35,001 nt of DNA from Pseudolabrys sp. (GCA_036278575.1 DASUKT010000300.1:1-35001); one strand, 5' to 3'. Numbered from the stretch's first letter, positions 9,312 to 16,842 are shown. Numbers and translations are program-made. The notes: generated by a model from the letters alone, not told the origin.

Positions 9312-9788
9312 ATGGCGCCTAAGTTGAAGCATCGCTGGCAGGGTTTTCGGCTGCTGTGCCTAGTGGGGATCGCCGCTCTTTCTTTCGGCACAACGGCGGC
9401 TTGGGCAGATACCGTCACGATCAAGCTCGACCAGGCGCAGATAATGCAACTGCCGGACAAGGTCGCGACCATCGTAATCGGCAATCCGTTGATTGCCGAC
9501 GCCACGCTGCAACCGGGCGGAATCCTCGTAGTCACCGGTAAAGGCTATGGCGCGACTAATTTGCTCGCGCTCGATCGCGACGGGCATGTGGTCCTCAGCA
9601 GAACGGTCGAGGTGTTGGGGCCGACAGGCAAGGACGTCGTGACCGTTTATAAAGGAGTCGACCGGGAGTCCTACAGCTGCTCGCCGAAATGCGCCCCGCG
9701 CATCACGTTAGGCGACGCACCGGCATTCTTCGGAACCACCATCGCGCAAACAGGTTCGCGCAACGGACAGGCCGGCTCCGCCAAATAG
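9312..9788 (+). CDS. Pilus assembly protein with secretin-type N-terminal domain (CpaI-like), exported
   Basis: Signal peptide ending AAWA|D, TIVIGNPLIADA, LVVTGKGYGATNLLALD, C-terminal SYSCSPKC; GGGAG RBS before ATG 9312. Confidence 0.88.
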   Translation: MAPKLKHRWQGFRLLCLVGIAALSFGTTAAWADTVTIKLDQAQIMQLPDKVATIVIGNPLIADATLQPGGILVVTGKGYGATNLLALDRDGHVVLSRTVEVLGPTGKDVVTVYKGVDRESYSCSPKCAPRITLGDAPAFFGTTIAQTGSRNGQAGSAK

Positions 9789-9834
9789 GCGCGCAAGGAC
9801 AATTTAGCGGCAGGCCCGTTGCACGCCTTGGTGG

Positions 9835-9849
9835 TTAGCGATTGCTTAC
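9835..9849 (+). promoter_or_regulatory. Possible CtrA-like box upstream of tadE genes
   Basis: TTAG-CGATTGC-TTAC, two mismatches to TTAA-N7-TTAA with correct spacing. Confidence 0.45.
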
Positions 9850-9943
9850 CGGGTCGACTTTGCTTCGATCCAGTGCCGGCAACCTTTCAACAACCCGTGT
9901 TTGATAGAAATTTGCCGGATACGCGAGCATTTGCGCGCTCGAG

Positions 9944-10522
9944 ATGATTGGCATGTTGAAGATCATAAGGGCGAAAATCATGGCCGGAACGCGCCGGTTG
10001 CGGGGCGCCCGCGCAGCGCGACAGTTCGCGCGCAACCAGAAGGCAATCGCCGCGGTCGAATTTGCCTTCATTGCGGCGCCGTTCTTTGCATTGCTGTTTG
10101 CGATCATAGAGACGGCTCTCGTTTTCTTCGCGCAACAAACCTTTGAATCCGGCATGGCGGAGGCGGGGCGCCTGATCATGACCGGGCAAGCGCAAACGGA
10201 TCCCGATTTCACCGAAGATAAATTCAAGCAGACAATCTGCGATCAAACGTTCCTGCCCAACTGCATGGAGTCCATCTCCATCAGTGTGCAGGCGTACAAT
10301 GGATTTAGCTCTGCCTCTCAGAGCCCTCCGCCGATGAAGGATGGAAAGGTCGATACGGACAAACTGCCGTTTGTACTGGGCGACCCCGGTAGTGTCGTCG
10401 TGGCGCAGGCTTACTATCAATGGCCGATCGTTGTGCCCTTGCTCGACGATCTCGCCAATCTGAACGGCAATCAGCGCCTGTTGGTTGCAACCTCTGTCTT
10501 CCGTAACGAGCCCTACCAGTGA
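9944..10522 (+). CDS. tadE: TadE/TadG family pseudopilin (CpaJ-like)
   Basis: AIAAVEFAFIAAPFFALLFAIIE, AGRLIMTGQAQ, C-terminal VFRNEPY; exact start uncertain. Confidence 0.92.
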   Translation: MIGMLKIIRAKIMAGTRRLRGARAARQFARNQKAIAAVEFAFIAAPFFALLFAIIETALVFFAQQTFESGMAEAGRLIMTGQAQTDPDFTEDKFKQTICDQTFLPNCMESISISVQAYNGFSSASQSPPPMKDGKVDTDKLPFVLGDPGSVVVAQAYYQWPIVVPLLDDLANLNGNQRLLVATSVFRNEPYQ

Positions 10523-11115
10523 TGAACCCGTTCCCCAACCCTCGGTCGATCCACACCCTGCGCAACCTTTGGCAGGATCGGCGCGGCATTTCGGCCGTCG
10601 AATTTGCGCTTTTGCTGCCGATCATGATCTCCCTCTATCTTGGCGGAGTCGAACTTACCGAGGGTCTGAGCGTGCAGCGGAAGGTGACGCTCACGGCTAA
10701 CGCGCTCGTCAACCTGACGGCGCAGTCAACCGCCCTCAGCGACAACAGCACGCCCAATACCGACGACATGAATAACATCATGGCGGCTGCTTCAGCGGTC
10801 ATGTATCCGCATAGTGCCGATAACATGACGGCTATCGTCTCTTGCCTGAAAATCGATCCGGACACCAAGCAAGCGACGGTGAAGTGGAGCGTACCGTTTC
10901 CCTCAACCGGTTCGGGCCACGCAGTAGGATCGATAATTGCAGTCAATTCCGATCTTGCGGGCGGCAATGCAAATCTGCTGCTCAGTGAGGTTACCTACCC
11001 GTACACGCCGCCTGTCGGCTACACCATCACCGGCACGATGAACATATCGGACAAAATGTACATGGCGCCGCGCATCTCGCCGCCGACGTTCGACGGAACG
11101 TCCTGCACGTCCTGA
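10522..11115 (+). CDS. TadE/TadF family pseudopilin (CpaK-like)
   Basis: DRRG|ISAVEFALLLPIMISLYLGGVE, SEVTYPYTP, YMAPR; TGATG stop/start overlap with the previous gene. Confidence 0.92.
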   Translation: MNPFPNPRSIHTLRNLWQDRRGISAVEFALLLPIMISLYLGGVELTEGLSVQRKVTLTANALVNLTAQSTALSDNSTPNTDDMNNIMAAASAVMYPHSADNMTAIVSCLKIDPDTKQATVKWSVPFPSTGSGHAVGSIIAVNSDLAGGNANLLLSEVTYPYTPPVGYTITGTMNISDKMYMAPRISPPTFDGTSCTS

Positions 11116-11120
11116 TCGCG

Positions 11121-11573
11121 TCAGCGAATCGGAAGCGATGTCGTCGATTTGATCCGCTCCATCGCAAAACGCGACGTCACGTTCTTCAAAGGCACCGTTG
11201 CGATCAGCTGCTTGTAGAACACGTCATAGCCCTGAATGTCGGGCACGACCACACGCAGCATGTAGTCGACGTCGCCGGCCATCCGATAGAACTCCATCAC
11301 CTCCGGCATCGCGCCGACCACCTCGGCAAATTTGGTGAGCCATTCGCGCGAGTGATCGCCGGTTTCCACGGAAACAAACACCGTGATGCCAAGGCCGACC
11401 TTTTCCGGGTCCACCAGCGCCACGCGCCGCGTAATGACGCCGTCGGCTTCCAGCCGCTGCAGACGCTTCCAGCACGGTGTTGACGAGAGCCCCACGCGCT
11501 GACCGATCTCCGCGACGGACAGCGAGGCATCCTGCTGGACCACAGCCAGAATCTTCCGGTCAATGGTATCCAT
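11121..11573 (-). CDS. decR: Lrp/AsnC family transcriptional regulator, DecR (YbaO)-like cysteine-responsive type
   Basis: MDTIDRKIL, HTH with TPCWKRLQRLE, VALVDPEKVGLG, MPEVMEFYRMAGDVDYMLRVVV, VTSRFAMERIKSTTSLP. These closely follow E. coli DecR as I recall it. Confidence 0.85.
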   Translation of the reverse strand: MDTIDRKILAVVQQDASLSVAEIGQRVGLSSTPCWKRLQRLEADGVITRRVALVDPEKVGLGITVFVSVETGDHSREWLTKFAEVVGAMPEVMEFYRMAGDVDYMLRVVVPDIQGYDVFYKQLIATVPLKNVTSRFAMERIKSTTSLPIR

Positions 11574-11594
11574 TCTGCTGGCCCCTCGCGTTTT

Positions 11595-11697
11595 GGAAGG
11601 AATATCTATGTCTTGCTTCATCGTAGTATAATATGCTTATTTATTCGCGATGCCTGTGTTTATAGAGAAAGAAATTCTAATTCAAGAGCAATGTTCT
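11595..11697. promoter_or_regulatory. AT-rich divergent promoter with array of Lrp-type operator sites
   Basis: 13-bp AG(A)-N-(T)CT sites: GGAAGGAATATCT 11595, AGTATAATATGCT 11625, AGAAAGAAATTCT 11666, AGAGCAATGTTCT 11685; they resemble the Lrp consensus YAGHAWATTWTDCTR. Confidence 0.6.
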
Positions 11698-11735
11698 GTC
11701 ATCGTGAACGGGGCACCTCCGCCGGGACGTCATCC

Positions 11736-12713
11736 ATGAAAAAATCTTCCGCTTTTATCGCACAAACGCTGGCCGCCTTTTTTACTCTGACGCTGGCAAC
11801 AATGCTCGCCGCTGCGCCGGCAGCCGCGGAGCCCCTGGTCTCGCCCGCCTGGCTGAAGGCTCATCTCGGCGAATCAAATCTGGTCGTGCTCGACATCCGC
11901 TCGGCGATCGACGGCAGCAAGCCCGAGACCTTTGCGCAGGGGCACATTCCCGGCGCGGTGCACAGCGACTACGACAAGGCCGGCTGGCGCGTGACGCGCA
12001 ACAACGTGCCGTTCATGGTGCCGACGGTGCCCGAACTGGAAAAGCTCATCGGAGATCTCGGCATTGACGAGAACAGCCATGTTGTTGTGATGCCGTCCGG
12101 CGTGAGCGTGCTCGACTTCGGCTCGGCCGCGCGCACGTACTGGACACTGAAATATGTCGGCGTGCACAACGTCTCGATTCTCGACGGCGGCTTCGCCGCG
12201 TGGAAGGCGGCTGGCTATGCAGTCGAGAAGGGCCCCCATGCGCCGTCGCCGACGATTTTCACCGCAAAGCTCGACAAGAGCATCCTGATCGAGGCGCCTG
12301 AAGTCGACACGCTTCGGCAATCAGGTAAGGCAACGCTCGTCGATGCGCGCCCCGCGTCGTTCTTCCGCGGAAAAGAGAAGGCGCCTGCGGCGAAAGCTTA
12401 TGGCCACATTCCCGGCGCGCAGGATATCGATAGCGCCCGCTTTTATGATGTGACTGCCAACAGACTGAAGCCGAAAGCAGAGCTCGAGAAAATCGCCGCG
12501 GCGGTGCCGGCGGACAAACCGGCCGTGGCCTATTGCAACACCGGACACTGGGCGGCCACCGACTGGTTCGTGCTGCACGAATTGCTCGGCCGCACCAATG
12601 CACGCCTCTATGCCGGCTCGATGGTGGATTGGACCAGCAATGCAAGCCGGCCGGTTGCGTCATCGCGCACCAAGTGGGACGATCTCCTGAAAGTGCTTGG
12701 TCTCGGCTCGTAA
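11736..12713 (+). CDS. Exported tandem-domain rhodanese/sulfurtransferase
   Basis: Sec-type signal peptide MKKSSAF...APAAA|EP, GHIPGA twice, LVDARP, active-site loop YCNTGHWA, LYAGSMVDW. Confidence 0.92.
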   Translation: MKKSSAFIAQTLAAFFTLTLATMLAAAPAAAEPLVSPAWLKAHLGESNLVVLDIRSAIDGSKPETFAQGHIPGAVHSDYDKAGWRVTRNNVPFMVPTVPELEKLIGDLGIDENSHVVVMPSGVSVLDFGSAARTYWTLKYVGVHNVSILDGGFAAWKAAGYAVEKGPHAPSPTIFTAKLDKSILIEAPEVDTLRQSGKATLVDARPASFFRGKEKAPAAKAYGHIPGAQDIDSARFYDVTANRLKPKAELEKIAAAVPADKPAVAYCNTGHWAATDWFVLHELLGRTNARLYAGSMVDWTSNASRPVASSRTKWDDLLKVLGLGS

Positions 12714-12741
12714 GCCGAACCGTGCAAGGGGCTTTGAAGCA

Positions 12742-13890
12742 ATGACGACCGCCACCGTTACCGCGCCGCAATCCGCGCGCGCGGGCGATATCGATCTGCT
12801 GTTTCTGGCGACGGCCCTGCTCGCGACAGGGGTTCTCATTGCGCTGGTGCTGCTCGATCATCAGCCGGCGTCTGCCGCCCTGATTGCCGGCGGCTTCGGT
12901 CTCGGCGTCGCATTCATGTGGGCGGAGTTCAGTTTCACCGCATCGTGGCGGCGCTTTTTAACGCGCGGCGATGCCGGCGGATTGCTCGGTGGCCTTATTG
13001 TGATTGCGGTCGCGGCCGTCGCGATCGTGCCGGTTGCGGCGCTTGTGCCCAAATTCGGCGGTGCGATCGCGCCGCTTGGGCCTTCGCTCGTCGTTGGCGC
13101 GTTCACCTTCGGCGTCGGCATGCAGCTTGCGAACGGTTGCGGCTCGGGCACGCTTTACACGGCAGGCGGCGGTTCCGGGCGCATGCTGATCGCGCTGCTC
13201 TTCTTCATTATCGGCAGCGTGTTCGGCAGCCTTTCGCTGCCGGCGTTCCTCGATCTCGGCGGCATCGATCCCGTCTTGGCATCAAAGTATTTCGGCCCGT
13301 GGGGCGGGCTGACAGTGACGCTCGCAAGCATTGTGCTTGCCGCCGCCATCGTCATCGCGGTCGCACGCAAGCGCGGCGGCTCGATCGTGCCGCGCACAGG
13401 CATGATCATCGGCGGCATCGCCATCGGCCTTTTATGCATCGCGGTGTTCGCCGCCGGCGGTCACCCGTGGAGCGTGACGTTCGGCTTTACCGTGTGGGGC
13501 GCCAAAGCGGCCACCGCGCTCGGCTTCGATCTCTCGCACGCGACGTTCTGGACCTGGCCCGGACCGAAGCACGCGCTTGAGGGCTCGATACTGTCCGACA
13601 CGTCGAGCCTGACCGACTTCGGCATGATTTTCGGCGCCATGGCGGCAGCGGCGGCGAGCCGGCCGTTCGCGCGCACCGCCTGGCCGCCGGCGAAATCGCT
13701 GCTCGCCACGGCGGTCGGCGGCTTGCTGATGGGATGGGGCGCGCGGCTCGGCTTCGGCTGCAACATCGGCGCCTTCGTCGGCGGCGTCTCATCCGGCTCG
13801 CTGCACGGCTGGATCTGGTTTCTGGCGGCGCTTCCCGGCTGTCTGATCGGCATCCGGTTGAGACCGCTGTTCGGGCTTTCCAAGGATTAG
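12742..13890 (+). CDS. YeeE/YedE family sulfur-compound (thiosulfate-type) transporter
   Basis: Multi-TM, Gly-rich; FGVGMQLANGCGSGTLY and LMGWGARLGFGCNIGAF repeats typical of YeeE/YedE; start set to ATG 12742. Confidence 0.9.
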   Translation: MTTATVTAPQSARAGDIDLLFLATALLATGVLIALVLLDHQPASAALIAGGFGLGVAFMWAEFSFTASWRRFLTRGDAGGLLGGLIVIAVAAVAIVPVAALVPKFGGAIAPLGPSLVVGAFTFGVGMQLANGCGSGTLYTAGGGSGRMLIALLFFIIGSVFGSLSLPAFLDLGGIDPVLASKYFGPWGGLTVTLASIVLAAAIVIAVARKRGGSIVPRTGMIIGGIAIGLLCIAVFAAGGHPWSVTFGFTVWGAKAATALGFDLSHATFWTWPGPKHALEGSILSDTSSLTDFGMIFGAMAAAAASRPFARTAWPPAKSLLATAVGGLLMGWGARLGFGCNIGAFVGGVSSGSLHGWIWFLAALPGCLIGIRLRPLFGLSKD

Positions 13891-13893
13891 CCC

Positions 13894-14046
13894 ATGCGTC
13901 TCACTTATATGGTCGTCATCGTGCTCGCGCTGGCTGCGGTCGTGTTCGATCATCTCTCGAGCCCGTCGAGCGGGCGCGCCGTCTCGCCGGAAGACTTCAT
14001 TGGCGCCTGCGCACCTTGCGGCGCACCTTGCCCGTCCGCGAAATGA
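13894..14046 (+). CDS. Small (50 aa) membrane-anchored/secreted Cys-rich protein, not in ORF track
   Basis: MRLTYMVVIVLALAAVVFDHLSSPSSGRAVSPEDFIGACAPCGAPCPSAK*; AAGGA RBS inside the yeeE 3' end; starts 3 nt after the yeeE stop; GC-rich third positions. Confidence 0.7.
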   Translation: MRLTYMVVIVLALAAVVFDHLSSPSSGRAVSPEDFIGACAPCGAPCPSAK

Positions 14047-14093
14047 CGCGATTTTCCATCTTCGCCGTGAGACAAATTCTGTAAGATGGTCCG

Positions 14094-15317
14094 ATGGACC
14101 TCGGCCTTTCAAAGGACGAACTTGACCTCCGGGCACGCGCCCGCACGTTTGCCGATCGCGTGGCGCGGCCGCGCGCCGCGGCCATAGACCGCGACGAGCA
14201 ATATCCATGGGACATCGTGACGGCGCTGGCGGAAGCCGGCTTCACGGGCATGACCATCCCGAAGGATCTGGGCGGGCAAGGGCGATCCTTTCTCGATGCC
14301 GTGCTGGTGACTGAGGAGATGGCGAAGGCCTGCACGGTGACCTCGCGCATCGTGGTCGAAACCAACATGGGCGCGATCTCGACCGTGATGGCCTACGGCA
14401 CCGGCGAGCAGAAGCGCCTCGCCGCCAAACTCGTGCTTGCGGGCGACAAGCCCGCCATCTGCATCACCGAACCGGATGCAGGCTCGGATGCCACGGCAAT
14501 GACGACACGCGCCGAGAAGCGCGGGGACATATTCATCATCAACGGTCACAAGCACTGGATCACGGGCGCGGGCGTCTCGAAGCTGCATCTTATTTTCGCG
14601 CGCGTCTTTGGCGAGCGTGGCGAGGAGCTGGGCATTGGCGGCTTTTTGGCCGTGCGCGACGAGGCGAAAGGCTTGCGCGTTACAAAACGCGAAAAGACCA
14701 TGGGCCTATGCGGCATGCCGGAAGGCGAGCTGACGTTTGAGAATCTTGAGGTGCCGGCCTCGATGGTTGTCATGCCGCCATCTGGTTTCCGGCGCGGCTT
14801 TGCCGAGCTGATGAACGCCTACAACAGCCAGCGCGTCGGCGCCGGAACGGTCGCCATGGGGGTTGCCGCCGGCGCGCTCGATCATGCGCTCGAATGGGTG
14901 AAAACGCGCGAGCAATTCGGCCGACCGATCGGCGAGTTCCAGGGCCTGCAATGGATGCTGGCCGATATGCAGACGCAACTCACCGCCTCGCGTCTGATGC
15001 TGTATGCCGCCGCGCGCTCGCGCGGTCCCGAGGGCAGCGCCTTTCCCGATCCGATGCTGGCCGCGCAGGCAAAGATTCATGCGGCAGAGACCGCGATCAG
15101 GATCGTCAATGACGCCTTGCAATTTTTCGGCGCGCGCGGCTACTCGCGCGACCTGCCGCTCGAACGCATGGCGCGTGATGTGCGCATGTTCACGATCGGC
15201 GGCGGCACCGCGCAGGTATTGCGTACGCTGGTCGCTTCCAAGATGCTGGGCTGGAAACTGCCGCAGACACGCGGCGGCTACTCGCCAAAACCATCGATGC
15301 GCGACGCCGCGGAGTAA
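14094..15317 (+). CDS. acdA: 3-sulfinopropanoyl-CoA desulfinase-like flavoprotein (acyl-CoA dehydrogenase fold)
   Basis: EQYPWD, EEMAKAC, LVLAGDKPAICITEP, AYNSQRVGAG, MFTIGGGTAQ, KLPQTR match the Advenella AcdDPN7 desulfinase as recalled. R85/C123/Q246 are present and the catalytic Glu of true ACADs is absent. Confidence 0.85.
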   Translation: MDLGLSKDELDLRARARTFADRVARPRAAAIDRDEQYPWDIVTALAEAGFTGMTIPKDLGGQGRSFLDAVLVTEEMAKACTVTSRIVVETNMGAISTVMAYGTGEQKRLAAKLVLAGDKPAICITEPDAGSDATAMTTRAEKRGDIFIINGHKHWITGAGVSKLHLIFARVFGERGEELGIGGFLAVRDEAKGLRVTKREKTMGLCGMPEGELTFENLEVPASMVVMPPSGFRRGFAELMNAYNSQRVGAGTVAMGVAAGALDHALEWVKTREQFGRPIGEFQGLQWMLADMQTQLTASRLMLYAAARSRGPEGSAFPDPMLAAQAKIHAAETAIRIVNDALQFFGARGYSRDLPLERMARDVRMFTIGGGTAQVLRTLVASKMLGWKLPQTRGGYSPKPSMRDAAE

Positions 15318-15320
15318 TCG

Positions 15321-16697
15321 ATGCACCCTGCTTTTGCGAGCGCCGGCAAGGCGCAAGCGACACCAATCTGGTTCGTTACCACTCAAAACTATGAGTCAAT
15401 AGGCAAGAAGCTCGGGGAGCACGAGCGTGCTTTCGCCCGCAATGCCGGCTTCGAACCAAAACCGGGGCGGCATCTGTTATTGGCGGGCGAGAAAGGCAAG
15501 CTTGCCGGCGCGTTGTTCGGGCTCGAGGTCGCCAACGATCCGGTAAAGGACCTCTTCAGACCGGGGCAGCTCGCGACTCTGCTTCCGCCCGGCACTTACT
15601 GTTTCGCCAATGCGCCGCACGATGCCCGGCTCGGTGCGCTTGCCTTCGCGCTCGGCTCTTATCAGTTCGCACGTTATCGCAAATCGGTAGAGCGCAAGAC
15701 CCGACTCGTCCTGCCGGAAGCAGTGGATGCCAATGAATTAGGCGCAATTGCCGAGGGCGTGACGCTTGCGCGCGATCTCATCAACACGCCGTCGAACGAT
15801 ATGGGGCCGGCGGAGATCGAAGCCGCCGCACGCGCGTTGGCGAAAGCGCACGATGCAACGGCTCGCGTCATCTCCGGCGACAAGCTCGCGAAGGAATTTC
15901 CGCTCGTGCACGCGGTCGGCGCCGGATCGGCGCGCGCACCGCGGCTGATCGATGTGATCTGGGGGCGTGAGCGCGATCCGAAGATTACGCTCGTCGGCAA
16001 GGGTGTGTGTTTCGATACCGGCGGCCTCGACATCAAGCCGGATAGCGGCATGCTCAACATGAAGAAGGACATGGGCGGCGCTGCAACCGCACTCGCGCTT
16101 GCGCACATGCTCATGGCCCGCAAGGCAAAGATCAGGCTGCGCGTGCTCATTCCGGCGGTCGAGAACTCAATATCCGGCACGGCGTTTCGTCCGCGCGATA
16201 TTTATCGCTCGCGCAAAGGCATCACAGTTGAAATCGGCAATACGGATGCCGAGGGCCGACTTGTGCTCGCCGATGCGTTGGCGCTGGCGGATGAGGAAAA
16301 GCCGGAGTTGATCATCGATTTTGCGACGCTTACGGGTGCGGCGCGCGTCGCGCTTGGGCCGGACGTGTCGCCGTTTTTCACCGACGACGATGCGTTGGCC
16401 GACGAGATGATGCGTCACGGCGCAGCAGAATTCGATCCGGTGTGGCGATTGCCGCTTTGGCGGCCCTACGAACAGATGCTCGATTCGAAAGTTGCCGATC
16501 TCAACAATGTCGGCGGCAGCCACGGCGGTGCGATCACGGCGGCGCTGTTCGTGCGCCGCTTTGTCGAGAACGCAAAAGCGTGGATGCATTTCGACGTCTT
16601 CGCCTGGACGCCATCGTCGCGGCCCGGCCGTCCTGAGGGCGGCGAATGCCAGACCGCGCGCGCACTTTACGCGTTGCTCGGGGAGCGATACTCTTGA
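15321..16697 (+). CDS. Leucyl aminopeptidase family protein (M17, PepB-like)
   Basis: VGKGVCFDTGGLDIKP, MKKDMGGAA, NTDAEGRLVLAD, ATLTGA. Confidence 0.95.
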   Translation: MHPAFASAGKAQATPIWFVTTQNYESIGKKLGEHERAFARNAGFEPKPGRHLLLAGEKGKLAGALFGLEVANDPVKDLFRPGQLATLLPPGTYCFANAPHDARLGALAFALGSYQFARYRKSVERKTRLVLPEAVDANELGAIAEGVTLARDLINTPSNDMGPAEIEAAARALAKAHDATARVISGDKLAKEFPLVHAVGAGSARAPRLIDVIWGRERDPKITLVGKGVCFDTGGLDIKPDSGMLNMKKDMGGAATALALAHMLMARKAKIRLRVLIPAVENSISGTAFRPRDIYRSRKGITVEIGNTDAEGRLVLADALALADEEKPELIIDFATLTGAARVALGPDVSPFFTDDDALADEMMRHGAAEFDPVWRLPLWRPYEQMLDSKVADLNNVGGSHGGAITAALFVRRFVENAKAWMHFDVFAWTPSSRPGRPEGGECQTARALYALLGERYS

Positions 16698-16720
16698 ATT
16701 GTTCATTGACTGCAATCGCT

Positions 16721-16797
16721 GTCATTGCCGGGCTTGACCCGGCAATCCATCTTCTCGTGAAGAATGGATGGATGCGCGGGTCGAGCCCGCGCATGAC
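16721..16797. repeat. REP/RIME-like palindromic element (GTCAT...ATGAC)
   Basis: GTCAT-TGCCGGG-CTTGA-CCCGGCA-ATCCATC...GATGGAT-GCGCGGG-TCGAG-CCCGCGC-ATGAC; two inverted hairpin units. Confidence 0.9.
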
Positions 16798-16842
16798 GCC
16801 AAAAGCTTATTCTTCCACCTCGAATCAAAAACTGATGTGAAC

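Noticed and set aside
16768-16842. N-terminal extension of NlpC/P60 ORF
   Set aside because: The ATG lies inside the palindromic repeat; the family-like sequence starts at 16843
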